Shown: positions 1 to 13,700 of the stretch, piece by piece | Layout of the letters: each line of letters begins with the position of its first letter | Position numbering within the stretch: the stretch's first letter is position 1 | Assembly (NCBI GenBank): GCA_964016885.1 | Contig: OZ024741.1 | Coordinates: 303,800,001-303,864,000 of the forward strand | Length of the DNA stretch: 64,000 nucleotides | Reading direction: 5' to 3' | From: Eledone cirrhosa | Taxonomy: Eukaryota | The notes under the pieces: generated by a model | Databases searched by the model: none | The model's input: the letters and a program-made list of their open reading frames with translations, nothing else | What the model was told of the DNA's origin: nothing | Program-made: the position numbers and the translations under genes

Positions 1-134
1 ACACCTTACACTTATATTTTACAAATTATTATAATTAGTCTTTTTTATTTAGTTAACATATAATTAGTATTTTACTACTGAGAACTTCATAATTTTATTT
101 CCCTTTTGCAGCTCTCTTTTCCTAAAATTAGTAC

Positions 135-435
135 CTATAAGTATACATATAAACTATTTTAATTTCCTGTTATGAATCTAAATTCCTTGTAGTCTATATA
201 AGTTTGTTATTTCTCACTAATACATTTATCCCCAACAAATTTTTTCATTCGTTTTTAACAACATTCTTTAATAACATCTAACTCTTATTTATCACATCTA
301 TATGAATTAATATAAATTTATCCCTATAAGTATACCTATCAATTAAATTAATTTAATTTCTTGTTATAGATCTAAATTCCTTGTGTTTTAAATAAGATTG
401 GTATTTCTCACTAACACATTTACCCTAAAATTTTA
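135..435. repeat. Imperfect direct duplication, ~110-bp unit with ~188-bp period
   Basis: cctataagtatac...tctaaattccttgt...tatttctcactaa-acattta occurs at ~135-245 and ~323-435. Confidence 0.7.
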
Positions 436-732
436 TTCTCCTTCGATTTTAACATTAGCATTATTCTTTAATAACATCAAATTTTCGTGTACCTTTCACC
501 GGTTTGACCTCTTTTCAACCCCAAGGTAATCTTTTCATTCAAAGTATTCTTTCTATTCAAAACTTAAGTCTGCATTCCTCTACCCCTAAATTAAATTTCT
601 ATTACTACTATTCTATCAACTTGACCACTTACTACTTTTCTATTGGTCAATTCAAAACCTGTTCCCAGACAGAGCTATTATATTAAATCTTTGTTGATTT
701 TTTTTCAATAAACAAATATCATCATTTCTGAA

Positions 733-910
733 GGCAGTATCAGTAGAGGGTCGGACGCCATGCTTTCCAGCATAGTTACGTCCCTTTACGATCTGAGTTC
801 AAATCCCGCCGAGGTTGACTTTGCCTTTCATCCTTACGGGGTCGATAAAATAAAGTACCAGTAATGCACTGGGTAATTGCTGGCCTTGTGCCTAAAGTAG
901 AAACAATTAT
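733..910 (+). mobile_element. Nin/Deu-domain SINE (representative of ~25 copies in the window)
   Basis: B-box-like GAGTTCAAATCCC followed by GCCTTTCATCCTTACGGGGTCGATAAAATAAAGTACCAG (Nin/Deu-like core) and tail GCTGGCCTTGTGCCTAAAGTAGAAAC. Other approximate copies: 4130-4270(-), 5130-5430(- x2), 5925-6062(-), 6455-6600(-), 15988-16305(+ x2), 18290-18462(+), 23368-23555(-), 24860-24997(+), 25500-25668(-), 32255-32450(-), 32515-32665(+), 33935-34030(-), 34400-34550(-), 39045-39580(- x2), 47757-47945(+), 50086-50265(+), 62795-62955(-), 63745-63815(+). Confidence 0.85.
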
Positions 911-1094
911 TTCTGAAGACAGCATATATATGTGTAAGTATGTATATTTCCTCTGATAGTTTGTAAAATGTTTACATAGAACTATATGATATACATACCA
1001 ACACACACGCATATATATCCTAGAAACGATCGTAAAATGATGAATTTTTTAATATAAGGAACTGTTTCTTTGTTTTTATTCATTGTTTTTATTA

Positions 1095-1127
<33 letters not shown>

Positions 1128-1131
<4 letters not shown>

Positions 1132-1410
1132 AAACTTGGACGGGAACAAAAACAGAGAAGCAGTACAAACGAAGGTTTATTAGGTTCACGCTCTTGAGAG
1201 TGGGAGTGGTGGGGAACGACGTTTCGGGCATAAGCCCTTCTTCAGGAGAAAAGTGGGTGGGAAGAGCTTCCGAGGGTGGGGGGAGGGGGGAGAGACATTT
1301 AGAAAACGGTGGGGCGAGAAAAGGGAGGAAAAACGGTGGAAGGGGTACAAATAAAAATAAAAATAAACATAAAGATAAACAAGCGGTGGAAGGGTGTGGG
1401 GCGTGTAGGG
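1128..1410 (-). mobile_element. Penelope-like pseudo-LTR fragment ending in (TA)n
   Basis: Carries a minimal HHR and abuts (TA)n at 1097-1127. Homologous to 57633-57920(-), 58945-58997(+) and 36961-37025(-). Confidence 0.7.
1218..1246 (-). ncRNA. Minimal hammerhead ribozyme (PLE-type, probably dimeric)
   Basis: Reverse complement reads CTGAAGA-A-GGGC-TTAT-GCCC-GAAA-CGTC. Palindromic ACGT helix III and GUC cleavage triplet. Confidence 0.75.
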
Positions 1411-1483
1411 GATATATATATATACTCAATGGGAACGTAAGAAAGCCGAATTCCAATATCCCCCTTTAATGTTGTATAATTAC

Positions 1484-1527
1484 GTAATACCTATTTCTGT
1501 GGTCGACTTACATCATCAGACTATTAC
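1484..1527 (-). ncRNA. Hammerhead-like motif (degenerate)
   Basis: Reverse complement GTAATAGT-CTGATGA-TGT(aagtcgacc)ACA-GAAA-TAG-GTA-TTAC, followed by a short tail and (TA)n. Confidence 0.45.
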
Positions 1528-1705
1528 ATAAGACAAACGGCAACGACATCAAATGTTATGAACATAAACGATTTAGTTAAGTAAGCTTTAATGTGTTACA
1601 GCAAACTTTATACTAAGTGGAGTTTCATAGTGATATCGGTTTTTCGGTCTATTTCCTCGCATTTCATGTGTTATTGACACACCTTTTTAGTAAGTATACT
1701 CTATA

Positions 1706-4120
1706 GAATGGTTACCCAACCTGGGCGATACGCCCATCGGTGGGGGGAGATTGGAAATGTTGAGTATTAAGAAAGAATTTTAACATATACTACCCGAAAT
1801 AAATATTTAAGGGATATATGCAAAGAACTTGTATTAAAAAAAAACAAGAGGCTAAATGGGAATAACTGGACCTCGTTCTTAGATGATACAAATATCCCCG
1901 CAAATAATGAACATTTTAGTGTTTTCTGTAGATTTGAGAAGGGTCATTAACATTCAAATAGTTCTTAGGTCGAAATAATATTTTTTACGGATATATATCA
2001 GATAAGTGAATACCAAGAACAACATTGCCAGTAAAATTAAGAAGTGACCTCGGGATAAACTCGCCAACGCCGTCAGCATTGAGACATCGCACATAAATTT
2101 GACACAAGTGATGACTTTTAAGAACTCTAATGACAGGCCATAGACAAGGAGGCGCGGACGTCAATGCTAGACAAAATATAAGAATCCCAAGATGGTAGCT
2201 GTTCACAGCTCTATGCGCATGTTCATTCGCTTCTCCTGAGAGCAGTCAATTACCCATGTGTCTTGTGTGCAACGAAACTTTAAGCAACGAAGCCATGAAG
2301 CCTTCACGCTTAAAGTATATATTCTAATCTTGCTGACCAGAAGGAAACACCATTGTCATATTTCTCACAACTTAAGACTTCATTCGAAAAGCGAAAATCG
2401 TTGATCTTATAATTTCAGATAGCAATTATGCAGCAGAATAATGGGATGATTGCGTGGTACAACATTGCATTACTGGTCGCAAAGACCGGTAAGTCCCACA
2501 CTATAGAAGAAACATTACTTTGAACTATTATTGAAGAAGTTCTCTTGATCCTAACGCATAAAAGGCCTGACACAATTACGAAGACAATTCTAATAAGTAA
2601 TAACACAATTTCTCGACGTATAAATGAAATGGCCACAGACGTAAAATATAAGCTCATCCATAATCTCCGGAGTTCTGAATTTTCCATAGAATTTGACGAA
2701 TCAACAGTTGTGGGAAGCTCAATGATGGTTGGTGTCCGTTTTTTAATGAAAATATTCAACTTTGTGAGCAGATAGTGTTCACTGATCAATTGTTGCTTGA
2801 CTCAAAAAGTTCGTCTGATTTGAATTTATTGAAGCTATTTTTTTTATTGAACATAACATCCCATTGAACAATTTTGTTGCCTGCTATGGTACGTAAATAT
2901 AGAGGTTTCTTTTCTCTTAAAAATTGAACTTTCGAATTCCAACAGTTCACTGTGTGGCTCAACGGCAGCATTTAAAGGCAAAAAATATTCACGGAAGTCT
3001 TAGTGATAAACTGCAGTTAGTTATTAAAACTGTTAACAAGGCTAAATTCGAATTCTTTGTCTGAACGAAATTTTCGTCAACTGTGCCTTATTAATGATGA
3101 TGACTATGTGAAGATATTGTACCATACTAAAGTGCAACTGTGTTGTCTGTTTTGTCAAACTTTTTGATACAATATTAAATGTTTTAAAACATTCCGCTAT
3201 CCACTTCTCTGATTGCTGAAAAATGTGATAGTTTTTACCCTGGTGACATATTCGCCAAGCTAAATGATCTCAACTGTAAATTGTCCAGCTATCCCTTCGT
3301 TTCTAAATTAACGATATACAAGATGAACATTTCAAGACGTCAACTCCACTAATTTCAACTTGAAAGATGAATTGGTTGATGAGGATGTCATTACATATTG
3401 CAATCATCTGCAATAATTACATAGTGACATGGTACAGCGATTTCAGGATATCATCACATTGCCTGTTCCAGTTTGGTATAACAACCTATTTGAAATCCAA
3501 GTAATTGATTGTGAAGACAATGTGCAGGAAGAATTGATAGACTTACAAAATGACAATGATGCCACAATGCGGTATCCGTTTCAACGTAAACATGGCTTAT
3601 GGTATCATCAAATATAGTGACATCTTATCCCAATCCATGCAAATACTTCGATTTTGCTTGACTTCCCAATATCCTACTTGGTAGAAGCTGGCTTCAGTCA
3701 TGTTAATACCTTGTTATCTGAAAGTAGAGATAGGCTGGATATAACCAAGCGAGGAGACTTGCGGTTAAAGACGGCTAATTTTAAACCCAACGTGTTTACG
3801 CTAGCTGTGTCACTCCAGACACAGTGGTCACATTGATGCTATATAAACATTGTATGTGTGTGTGCCACAATACTTCATGTTACCACTTTTAACATTGCTT
3901 TCAATAAAAAAAATCTTGTAATGCAAAAATGTTTATTTGTATTGTTTTGTAAGGGTTAAAATATTCGTAACAGTTTGTTATTGGTTCATGAAGTGATTCT
4001 TTAGGATTGTTATAGTTTTTATTGTCTGAAAAAGTGTCTATCAGGACATTTTCCCGTCTCTAAATATTTACTATACAGGTAGGCGACAGGTACCTATAGC
4101 ATAAAAAGCTTATCCACCTC
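1706..4120 (+). mobile_element. Decayed hAT/Buster (Charlie-like) DNA transposon
   Basis: TIR-like TGGTTACCCAACCTGGG at ~1709 plus the transposase relics listed next. Right end uncertain. Confidence 0.7.
2250..3836 (+). pseudogene. Buster/ZBED5/SCAND3-like hAT transposase relic
   Basis: PMCLVCNETLSNEAMKPSRLK (BED finger), YNIALLVAKTGKSHTIEETL, SNNTISRRINEMA, FSIEFDEST, FPISYLVEAGFS...RDRLDITKRGDLRL...SH*. Many stops and frameshifts. Confidence 0.9.
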
Positions 4121-4312
4121 TTTGATGACTTTGCCAACTCAGTGCCATACACTAGTACTTTATTTATCTACCCCGGTAGTATGAAAGGCAAAGTTGACTT
4201 TGGTGCAATTTCAACTCAGAACAATATAAATATCACAAGTTATTTCGTCCTTCCCTTTAATACTTCAACCCATTCTTGGCTGCTATTTCTAGCAGTTCAA
4301 GCGACGATATAA

Positions 4313-4351
<39 letters not shown>

Positions 4352-4799
4352 TCTCTCTCTCTCTCTCATTTTCTCTCTCACCCTTTCTGTTTCTCTCTCA
4401 CTTTCACTTTTTCTCACCTACTCTCTTTCTCTTTCACATTCTCTCTCTCATTCTCTCCCTCTCACACACACTCTATCTATCTATCTATCTATCTATCTGT
4501 CTTCCTATCTCTTGTTGACTCATTGCTCTGTTCAATTCAATTGGGTCTATCTGAGCGGGATAAGATTAGCAAACTTTAATTGAATGGGTGTGATGATTAT
4601 GATGATGTTGGTGATGATGGTGTAGGTGGGGTGGGGGTGTAAGTGAAGGTGCAATTGAAGGAGTAAGGTGAGGATAGATCATTGCTTATAATAAAAAAAA
4701 AAGAACGTCCTTTCTTTTGTTATTGGAAAGATTAAAAAAGTAAAGAGTGATGCGATGATCTTGAGCTAAAGAGGCATCTTCAAAGAAATAATTATAATA

Positions 4800-5120
4800 A
4801 TGGTTTCTTTGATTGGCTACAAGGGGCCGAGACATTGGCGGGACAATACAGGGGAACACAAAGCGGGGTTTGTATCGAGTAAAAAAGGGTCGAAATTATC
4901 AAAAACAATTAACGTATCAGTAAACTTCTAAAATGAAAAAAATCCCAATAGGTGGGAGGCGGGGTGGAAGAGATCACCGACGGTCATTCGGGGCGAAAAT
5001 CCCACACAAAGTCCTGTATCACTAAAGGCATTGAAAGTGCCCTCGCCCAGTTTCTATCTAAGAAAAGCATATTTGAATAAAAAAGAAGTGAGGGAGGTCC
5101 TGCCTGTCTGTCAGTCTTCT
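4800..5120 (-). mobile_element. 5'-truncated 3' end of a Tx1/L1-like LINE
   Basis: Reverse complement tgtattgtcccgccaatgtctcggccccttgtagccaatcaaagaaa resembles the 3' UTR end at 14410-14453. Confidence 0.45.
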
Positions 5121-6062
5121 AGAAATAATAATTATTTCTATTTTTGGCACAAGGCCAGCAATTATCCCAGTGCATTACTGATACTTTATTTTATCGACCC
5201 CGTAAGGACGAAAGGCTAAGTTAACCACGGCAGGATTTGAACTCAGACCGTAAAGGGGCGTAACTCTATGATGCAAAGCATGACGTACGATCCTCTAGAA
5301 ATAATGATTTCTAATTTAGGCACAAGGCCAGCAATTTTTGGAAGGTGATTAAATTGTCGCCAGTACGTAATTTTATGGACTCCAGAAGCATGAAAGTTAA
5401 AGTTGACCTCGGCTGGATTTGAACTCACATTCGAAAAATAAATGATGTTAAATAACAAATAAAAACAATAATTGCTATTTTCTTTTTTTTTTGTTTTGTT
5501 TTTCTTTACCTTTCTGTAATTTTCCTCTCTCTTTAACATTTGTTGGCGCCCAAATATTTCACCTGTTGCCGTGTGTCGCCTGCTCGAAGGACAGGTGTGT
5601 TATATCAACTACTTCCACCACTATCACCTCCACAACTACCACCTCAGCTTAAACCACTACCCCATTGCACCACTATACCAGCACCACCACCATTCCACAC
5701 ACATACACACACTAATAAAGATTTCTTTTGACGAGACACACGACCAATTATCGTTATTGATTAAAGTCATTAAACACATTAAACAGCCACCTCCCCCACA
5801 GCCCTTCCTGCCTTCGCAATCCCCGCAGCATATGACTGATAACCTATTTTGTCAACCCGAGTCGGATGAAAAGAAAACAAAGAGAAAAATAAACAACAAT
5901 TATTGTTTTTTGAGTATGTAATAATTATTTTTAATATTGGCACAAGGCTAGTAATTTGGTGGGGGGGGGGGGGTGAAAAGTCGATTATATCGACCCTAAT
6001 ACTTAACTGGTACATTATTTTATTGGCCCCGGAAAGATAAAAGGCAATGGTTAAGCTCGGTG

Positions 6063-6450
6063 GTAGTGACGTAGCTAGAGTGTGTGCCGCTCAGGGCGGC
6101 CTTTCAGTTTGTCGCGAAACTGGGCCCCACAAAAAATACATATTGCTCAGTGACTCATTCTTATATCGTTTTTGAATTTGTTTAGCAAGATTTCTTATCT
6201 GAAAGCGTGTGTTGAAACAGATATTGTTATACTTTGGGAGGGCCATGATGCCAATAAAAACACACGTACCTGTTGGGTTTCACTTCAATTTATTATAAAT
6301 TTCCGGTTGGTTGGTTCAATAACCGGATGGTTGTTTATATATTGTCAAACCTCCTCAGTCACTGGGTTTCTATTTTGTGTCTCTCCTTTGTTCTGCCCTA
6401 CACTATCACAATTGCACGATTTCTACATACATTTCGGCTCATGCAAAGAT
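6063..6450 (+). mobile_element. hAT (Tip100/ZMYM1-like) left end and TTF-finger relic
   Basis: TIR-like AGTGACGTAGCTAG. Frameshifted YKFPVGWFNNR/WLFIY...GFLFC resembles the TTF-type zinc finger. Confidence 0.4.
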
Positions 6451-6662
6451 GGTAATAATTGTTTCTACTTTTGGCACAAGGCCAGCAATTATCCCAGTGC
6501 ATTACTGGTACTTTATTTTATCGACCCCGTAAGGATGAAAAGCAAAGCTAACCTCGACGGGATTTGAACTCAGAACGTAAAGGGCCGTAACTCTATGCAT
6601 AATAAGGTATATTGGGCAATATTAAAAGAAGTGCAACAAACATTATTTCTCTCTTCTGGTGG

Positions 6663-6664
6663 TG

Positions 6665-6696
<32 letters not shown>

Positions 6697-6840
6697 GTTG
6701 TGATGATGATGATGAATGATGGTGAGGAGGAAGACGACAACGACGACGAAGACGAAGACGAAGATGATGATGATGATGATGATGACGACGATGATGATGA
6801 CGACGATGATGATGATGATGATGACGACGACGATGATGAC

Positions 6841-6875
<35 letters not shown>

Positions 6876-6915
6876 CGACGATGATGATGATGATGATGAC
6901 GACGACGATGATGAC

Positions 6916-6949
<34 letters not shown>

Positions 6950-7130
6950 GTCATGATGGTGATGATGATGGTGATGGTGATTATGATGATGATGAGGAGG
7001 AGGAGGAGGAGGAGGAGGAGGAGGAGGAGGAGGAGGAGGATAGTGGTAGTGGTGGTGGTGGTGATGACGACGATGATGATGATGTTTATGACGATGACGA
7101 TTATAACGATGATGATTATGACGATGACGG
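6663..7130. repeat. Compound (GAT/GAC/GAG/GGT)n trinucleotide microsatellite
   Basis: Direct reading; yields spurious poly-D/E/H/M ORFs. Confidence 0.95.
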
Positions 7131-7304
7131 TGATCCGATCGCGCCATAAGAAGAAAAAAAACAATTGTTTAATCTGCCGATCAAATGTTCTGTCTATTAG
7201 AACACTTAAACTTGAAGCTACGTACTTGACTTGGCACTTAACTTTACTACCTTACCTGTAGAAGAGATAGACTGACTGATAGATAGTGTGACTGTGTGTG
7301 TGTA

Positions 7305-7335
<31 letters not shown>

Positions 7336-7512
7336 TGGCGATGGGCATGTATAAGGCTGTGATAGCCGGGGTCGGGGAAGGAGGTAATGGGGAATAGATA
7401 GATAGATAGAAGAGAAAAAAGAAAAAGAGTGAGAGTGAGATAGTATTCTTAGAAGACAACTAAGACAGAGCGAGAGAGAGAGAGAGAATAATATATATAT
7501 ATATATATATAT

Positions 7513-7578
<66 letters not shown>

Positions 7579-8353
7579 GAGGGGGGGGGGGACTGATGAA
7601 AAAGAGGAGAGTGAAATGGTGAGGAGGGGGATGAGGGAATGTGAAAAGATAGCAGATCACGTCTTGGTTATAAACATATCTATTATTGAGTGTATATCTC
7701 TTGTCTGTGATTAGATAATCATAGCCTGGCTGATTGTTTAAGAAGTTAGATTCGTATTCATTAGGCTGTGTGTTTGATCCTACTGCGGGTTCGATCCTCA
7801 CATACTCAGTGAGTGAAATCGGGGAGACAGAAATTATTTGCAAGCATGTCAGATGGACTGTACCTATAATTCAATGGACAAACTTTGTCACACATAGTGT
7901 CACGCTGAATCTCCCTGAGAATTATGTTACGAGTGCACGTATCTATGGAATGCACGTTAACTTCATGAGCAGGCTGTTCCGTCGATCTGGAACACTCAAT
8001 CAACAACAACATCAATGCTAAATTTAGGCATAATCTCTTGCTGTTACAAGTTACTATTTGTTTAACTTACGCCACAATGGCCCCAAGAAGTAATTCCTCT
8101 CCTTCATCTTTGGTACTTTTTTGCATTTGACCACTTTCATCGTTTCTGTAGTGATTTTTATTAATGCATTTAGAGGGGTGGTGGACGTATTTCTGAATGG
8201 AGGGTGGGTGGAATGGGTCAATTTAGTTGTAGTGATTAGCTTAGCTCTTTGCACTTTAAAATGGTAAAAAAACACTTCGATAGGAGATAAACATAACATG
8301 TACAAAAATTGTAGCATATATCCAAATAGATGAGTGTTTTGGTAGTTAGGGGA

Positions 8354-8718
8354 GAAATAAGTATTAAAATCTACCCCTCTCTATATCTACTACACGACAC
8401 TCTCTCCCAATTCCCCTCTCTATATCAATCAGCACCGAACTATCCCCCTTTTCTATATCTACCATACAACACTCTCTCTCATTTCCTCTCATTCTATCCA
8501 TCACTACCAAACTCTCCCCCTCTCTATATCTACCAATATCTCTCTCTATCAATCCTCTCACTCTACGCATTACCACCAAACTCTCCCCTTCTCGACATCA
8601 ACCATACAAAATTCTCTCACAATCACACGCTCTATATCAATTAAATCCAAACTCTCTCCCTCTCTATATCTACTACATGGAATTCTCTTCCAATCTTCCT
8701 CTCTATATCAATTACCAC
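8354..8718. repeat. Degenerate CT-rich ~40-bp minisatellite (left part)
   Basis: Recurrent ctctctatatctacca...aaactctcccc units; resumes at 14455-15022 after the LINE. Confidence 0.7.
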
Positions 8719-8919
8719 TTGAGATAGACGTGAATTACTTCGCTCCGGACTTTTACGGATTATTGTAAAAAAAACTGTGAGTTCATTGCTCAATTTAATA
8801 GTATTGTTTAGTTTAACCCCTTGCCTGGGCCTTCAGACGTTGAGTCAACTAATTTTCGCCCCTTTCTAGGGCGAAATTTTTATTTTCATCTCAAAACTGT
8901 GTAAACTTGGTAGTCAGCA

Positions 8920-9972
8920 ATGGATGCCATTTCCACCTCGCACACTGTCGTGAGTGCCACGCCCACTAAGAAAAGTGGTGGAGGGAAGGTAGGAGTACAA
9001 AGCTTGCAGCATTCCCCCCTCGCATTATCGAAAAACGTTGAAAATATTGAAACCACGAAACCAAACCCGGTAAATAATACCAGCACCAACAACAAGAACA
9101 ATGGCAATAACACCACAACCAACAACTGCAACAATAGCAACACAAAGGAAAACATGAACAATATTACCAACAGTGACAACAACAACAGCAACAAAAAAGA
9201 CAACACCACCAAAACAACATTCGCACATACTGTAAAATAAACGAACTATATACGCCAATAGACATAACAAATGCTAAACAACTATTACAAGACGCAAAAC
9301 AATTCGTGATTTTTTGGCGAAAACGATGCTTTTAGCATCAATTCTCCACAGGAATTACTTAGAGAGGCTGTCCTGAAAACTGTGGTTTTCAGGACAATAT
9401 CGAACGAAACAAGAAAACCAGCTCAATTATCACAAAATGAAATTGAGCTGGTTCTAAAAGATGCAATGAAGGACATAACCTTCGTACAAAAGGGTAAACT
9501 GTTTGGTAGCATTTCAGTGCTAATGAACAACCAGTCAACAGCACAAAAGTACACGGTATCACCCATTGTGTCCCCCCGCTTCACTTTTTTCCCCACATAC
9601 AGGGGAAAAAGGACACAAAGAATAAAAATAATGAGTATCACACCAAATGTAAATATTTGGTGGATACTATGTGGAATCATTGACTTTGATGAAGACAAGA
9701 TAATTTCAATAGGAAAGTCCTCCGGAGGTGTATTTGGAGGGACCAGCGTAGAAGTTCTGGTGCAAATGAGCCCAGAACGAATAGCGAATATCCCACAACG
9801 CGTGCCTCTGGACGGGCTAACTTATATAAACATTTCAGTGGAGGGAAGGCGGCCGTCATGTTACCACTGCTTAAGCAGGGGTCACCTGAGGGTGCCTGTC
9901 CTCAATTAACGAGTCAAAAAAAAAGGCTCTTCTGCCAACCCCGAACACAACACAACCACCACCACCTCCACC

Positions 9973-10006
<34 letters not shown>

Positions 10007-10742
10007 CCACAACAGCACGGAAAAATAACAACACAAAACACTGTTCCACCCAACCCCTCCCCACCTAAAACAAATACAAAAGCAACCACAACAAAACCCC
10101 AAAATATACCCCTCCCCAACAACACGGAAGAGGACTCCGTATCAACGTCACACAGTGACGACGAGGGAGAACCCTTTCAACAGGTGAAAAGGAAAAAAAA
10201 AGGCACCACATTAACAAAAATGCTACAAACACACAACCACCAGCACAAACAGAACAAACATCACAAACAAAAAAACCCACCGCTCCCCAAAACATAACAC
10301 GTACTACAAAGCGCAAACACGCACAAGAACAACAAACAAAAACAAACACAACACAACAAAAACTCTATACATACATTAACAAGAACAATAAAACGTTGAT
10401 GAAAGCGATAGAAAATAACCCTTCGGTGAAAACCGAAGGGATCATTTTCACCTACGCAGCGAACAAACCGCACCTAATGATGATTAGGGTCCCAACGGAA
10501 ACCTATGTAACTTTGAAAAACAACCATCCAATGCATGTGGGGACCAACTGCACCAAACCACTTAACAGCGTCCTGTTGAGATGTTTCCCCACCCCCACAC
10601 AGACACCCACACCCCACCAAACACCTTAATCCCACCACACACTGATGTCCTCACCCCATCACAAACCACCACCCCACCAAACAACCCTTCCAACACCCCC
10701 ATGGAAATTGTGCAGCCTGGTCCCCAGGAGACGAAGAGGTAA
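8920..10742 (+). pseudogene. LINE ORF1 (gag-like nucleic-acid-binding protein), disrupted
   Basis: TTFAHTVK N-terminal motif, RRM-like region and ISVEGRRPSCYHCLSRGHL (CCHC knuckle, frameshifted). N/T/Q/P-rich linkers. Confidence 0.8.
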
Positions 10743-10784
10743 GTAATTTCCTTTCCTCTTCCTGTTTAACTCTTCAGCACCAAC

Positions 10785-13700
10785 ATGGCCAATATAAGAG
10801 TTGGATGTGTGAATGCACGCAGCCCGTGGATGTCCTGGAAACAGGGCAAACTCTTAAATGACCTCAGGTCGCACAGAGTGGATGTAATGGTTATTTGCGA
10901 GTCCAGGATCAGCAGCGAGCGCCAACTGGCCCCCATCTTCGACGACTTTGAGATATACGCATCTCTCTGTCAGCCAAGGGGTGGGGGTGGGGTTGTCGTT
11001 CTGCTGCGAAAATACCTGGGTCTTGCCACACAGAAGGTACACCTGGACCCGGAGGGTCGACTGGTGGTTTTAGACGTCGGCAGTGGTGAAGGTGGGGCTT
11101 TCAGGCTGGTGGCAGCGTATGCCCCATCTGGGACACCGCGACCGGACTTCCGACGCCTGGAGAATTTCCTGGGAACGTCTCGCTCCTTGTTTTTAGTGGG
11201 GGACTGGAATGGTATCCTGGATGCACGTTGGGACTATGTAGGGGCATATCCCGATAGAGGGGGTGTAACAGCCTCAAACGATTAATCGGCCGATTTGATC
11301 TGGCCGATAGATATCGACTAGATTTTCCGACTGTGCCACTGTGGACGTGGACTAATCTCAGCGGAACATCTAGGTCGTACCTAGATAGGTTCCTAGTTAG
11401 AAATAAGGATAGGGATATATTAAGCTGTCCACGAATGTTCATGGTTGACTATTCGGATCACAAGTTGGTGACCGGAGTGGTCAACCTTGATAGAACTCAT
11501 AGACAGGGACCCGGTTACTGGAAGCTAAACTTGTCTTTACCGACAAACAAAGCTTACAGTAAGCGGATTAGTACACTAGTTAAGCAGCGTTTGACGGGGG
11601 CAATTGTCAACAGCAGGTGGTGGGGCTCTCTCAAGAGAGAAATTAGAATAGAATCGATAGGTTTTAGTCGGGAATTAGCATCAGATAGGAATTGAACTGA
11701 AAGGGAATTAACAAATAGAGTAGAAGAAGCGATTAGGAGTGGCAACGTGGCCAGCATGCTGGCGTCAAGAACGGCCCTAGACCAGTTCTTTGATGCGAAG
11801 CACGAGGGATGCGTTGTCAGGAGTAAAATACGTGCTCTGGGTAACGAGGGAGCCAAAGCTGTTAGCTGGGACCGAGTGACAGAGGCAAAAAGTGGAAACA
11901 AGTCCACGATTCCGTCTTTGAAGGACCAGGATGGACGCGTGATCCTTGAACCTGAGTGGATGAGCGCGGCCTTTCAACGGCGCTTTGCACGACTGTTCGG
12001 GAGGGGCAGCGGGCCGGGTGGGGCCATGGATTTCGGTCCATACCTCGACGTTCTGGCGCGGCTCTCGGACGGAGAGGCGACGTCCTGCGAGAAGCCGATT
12101 TCAGCCGCTGAAATAGGGGAAGCCCTGAGCCAATGCGGCAAACGCAAATCTCCGGGTCTCGATGGTCTACCATACGAACTTTATGTAGCGATGCCGGGCT
12201 TGTTCTCCGGTCTCCTCGAGGCGGTCTACTGCAACTGGTAACAGAACGGGAGAATTCCCAGTTCTGTGACCAAGGGCGTAGTCACGCTGGTGAGGAAGGA
12301 CGAGAACAAGGGGAATGACATAGATAACTTCAGGCCCATAACTCTGCTAAACACAGAGTTAAAGATTTGGGCCAAGGTGTTAGCGAAGAGGTTGGCGCTT
12401 GTCGTCGGGAACCTGGTGGGAGAAGCACAGACATGCGCAATCCCGTCCAGGTCCATACACGACAACCTCCACCTCATGCGATACATCGTAGAGAGGGTAG
12501 GGAACGAACCCGGCTTTGGTGAGGCCCTGATCAACTTGGATCAATCTAAGGCGTTTGATAGGGTTGACCATCGGTACCTGGATGCGGTGCTCGCGGCGGC
12601 AGGCTTCGGACCCGTTTTCAGGGGCTGGATTGCTGCAATGCACAGCAGCAACACCTGCTCGAGGGTCAAGGTGAACGGCTACCTCTCGGAGCCGTTCCAA
12701 ATTACGCGATCCATCTGACAGGTATGCCCTCTCTCCTTCCTCCTGTATGTGCTGACTCTCGAGCCACTACTGCGGAAGCTTGAGCTGTTGCAGGGCATCC
12801 CCTAGGAACCAGGATTGCGGAAAGCGGTGTCAGCCTACGCCGATGACGTGACAGTAATGGTGTCGTGCGCCTCGGAAATCGGGCAGATCGGCACCTTACT
12901 GGATGAATATGAAAGGTTCACAGGAGCCAAGCTGAACCGGGACAAGTCCGTCGGTTTGCAACTCGGGAAGTGGAGGGGCAAAACGATGCCCTCCGACGAC
13001 ATCGTCGGACGCTGGACGGAGGGACCGGTGAAGCTGCTCGGGGTCTGGTTCGGACCGGACGTCCAGGTGGAGAATAACTGGGACGAGGTAACGGGCAAGG
13101 TGTTTGCACTCGCCCAGAAGTGGGCCGAGTGCAAACTATCCCTGAAAGGTCGAGCGGAGGCGGCGAACGCTTATATAGCGTCCGTCATCTACTACCGCTT
13201 GACGGTCGTGCCTTGCCCAGAGTAAACACTCGCCAAAATGGAGCGCGCGCTCTTCCGATTTCTTTGGAAGAAGCGGGCTCCTTTGGTGCGAAGATCCATC
13301 TGCTGTCAACACCCTTCGAACGGAGGGCTGGGGATGCCGTGGCTGACGATGCGTAGACACGCATTAAGGCTACGGCACCTCCAGGTATTCCTCACCGGTC
13401 ACGCCGGTGTGGGCCCTGCTTGTGAGGCGAACCTTTCCGAGACTCGTCTAACTCACCGAGCTGGGTCAAGCAAAGACCGAGAAAAGTGGGCGACTGGCAC
13501 ATTGAATGTGCCCAGGCGCTCACGGCCCTCTGGCAAGCGGATCCGGCAATCAGTGGAGACTCAACCTCAACATTCTATAGAGGGTTGGTGCGCAGTAAGT
13601 GCGACGACGCTCTCGGAGAGGCTCTGGGCATGGAGGAAGACGAGCTGGCCAGTCTGTTCGGTAGGACGTTTGGCCCGGGACCGATGTACAACTTCCAAAA

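Noticed and set aside
6593-7261. Long poly-Asp/Glu/His/Met ORFs
   Set aside because: All frames are open only because of a trinucleotide microsatellite; no splice or domain context.
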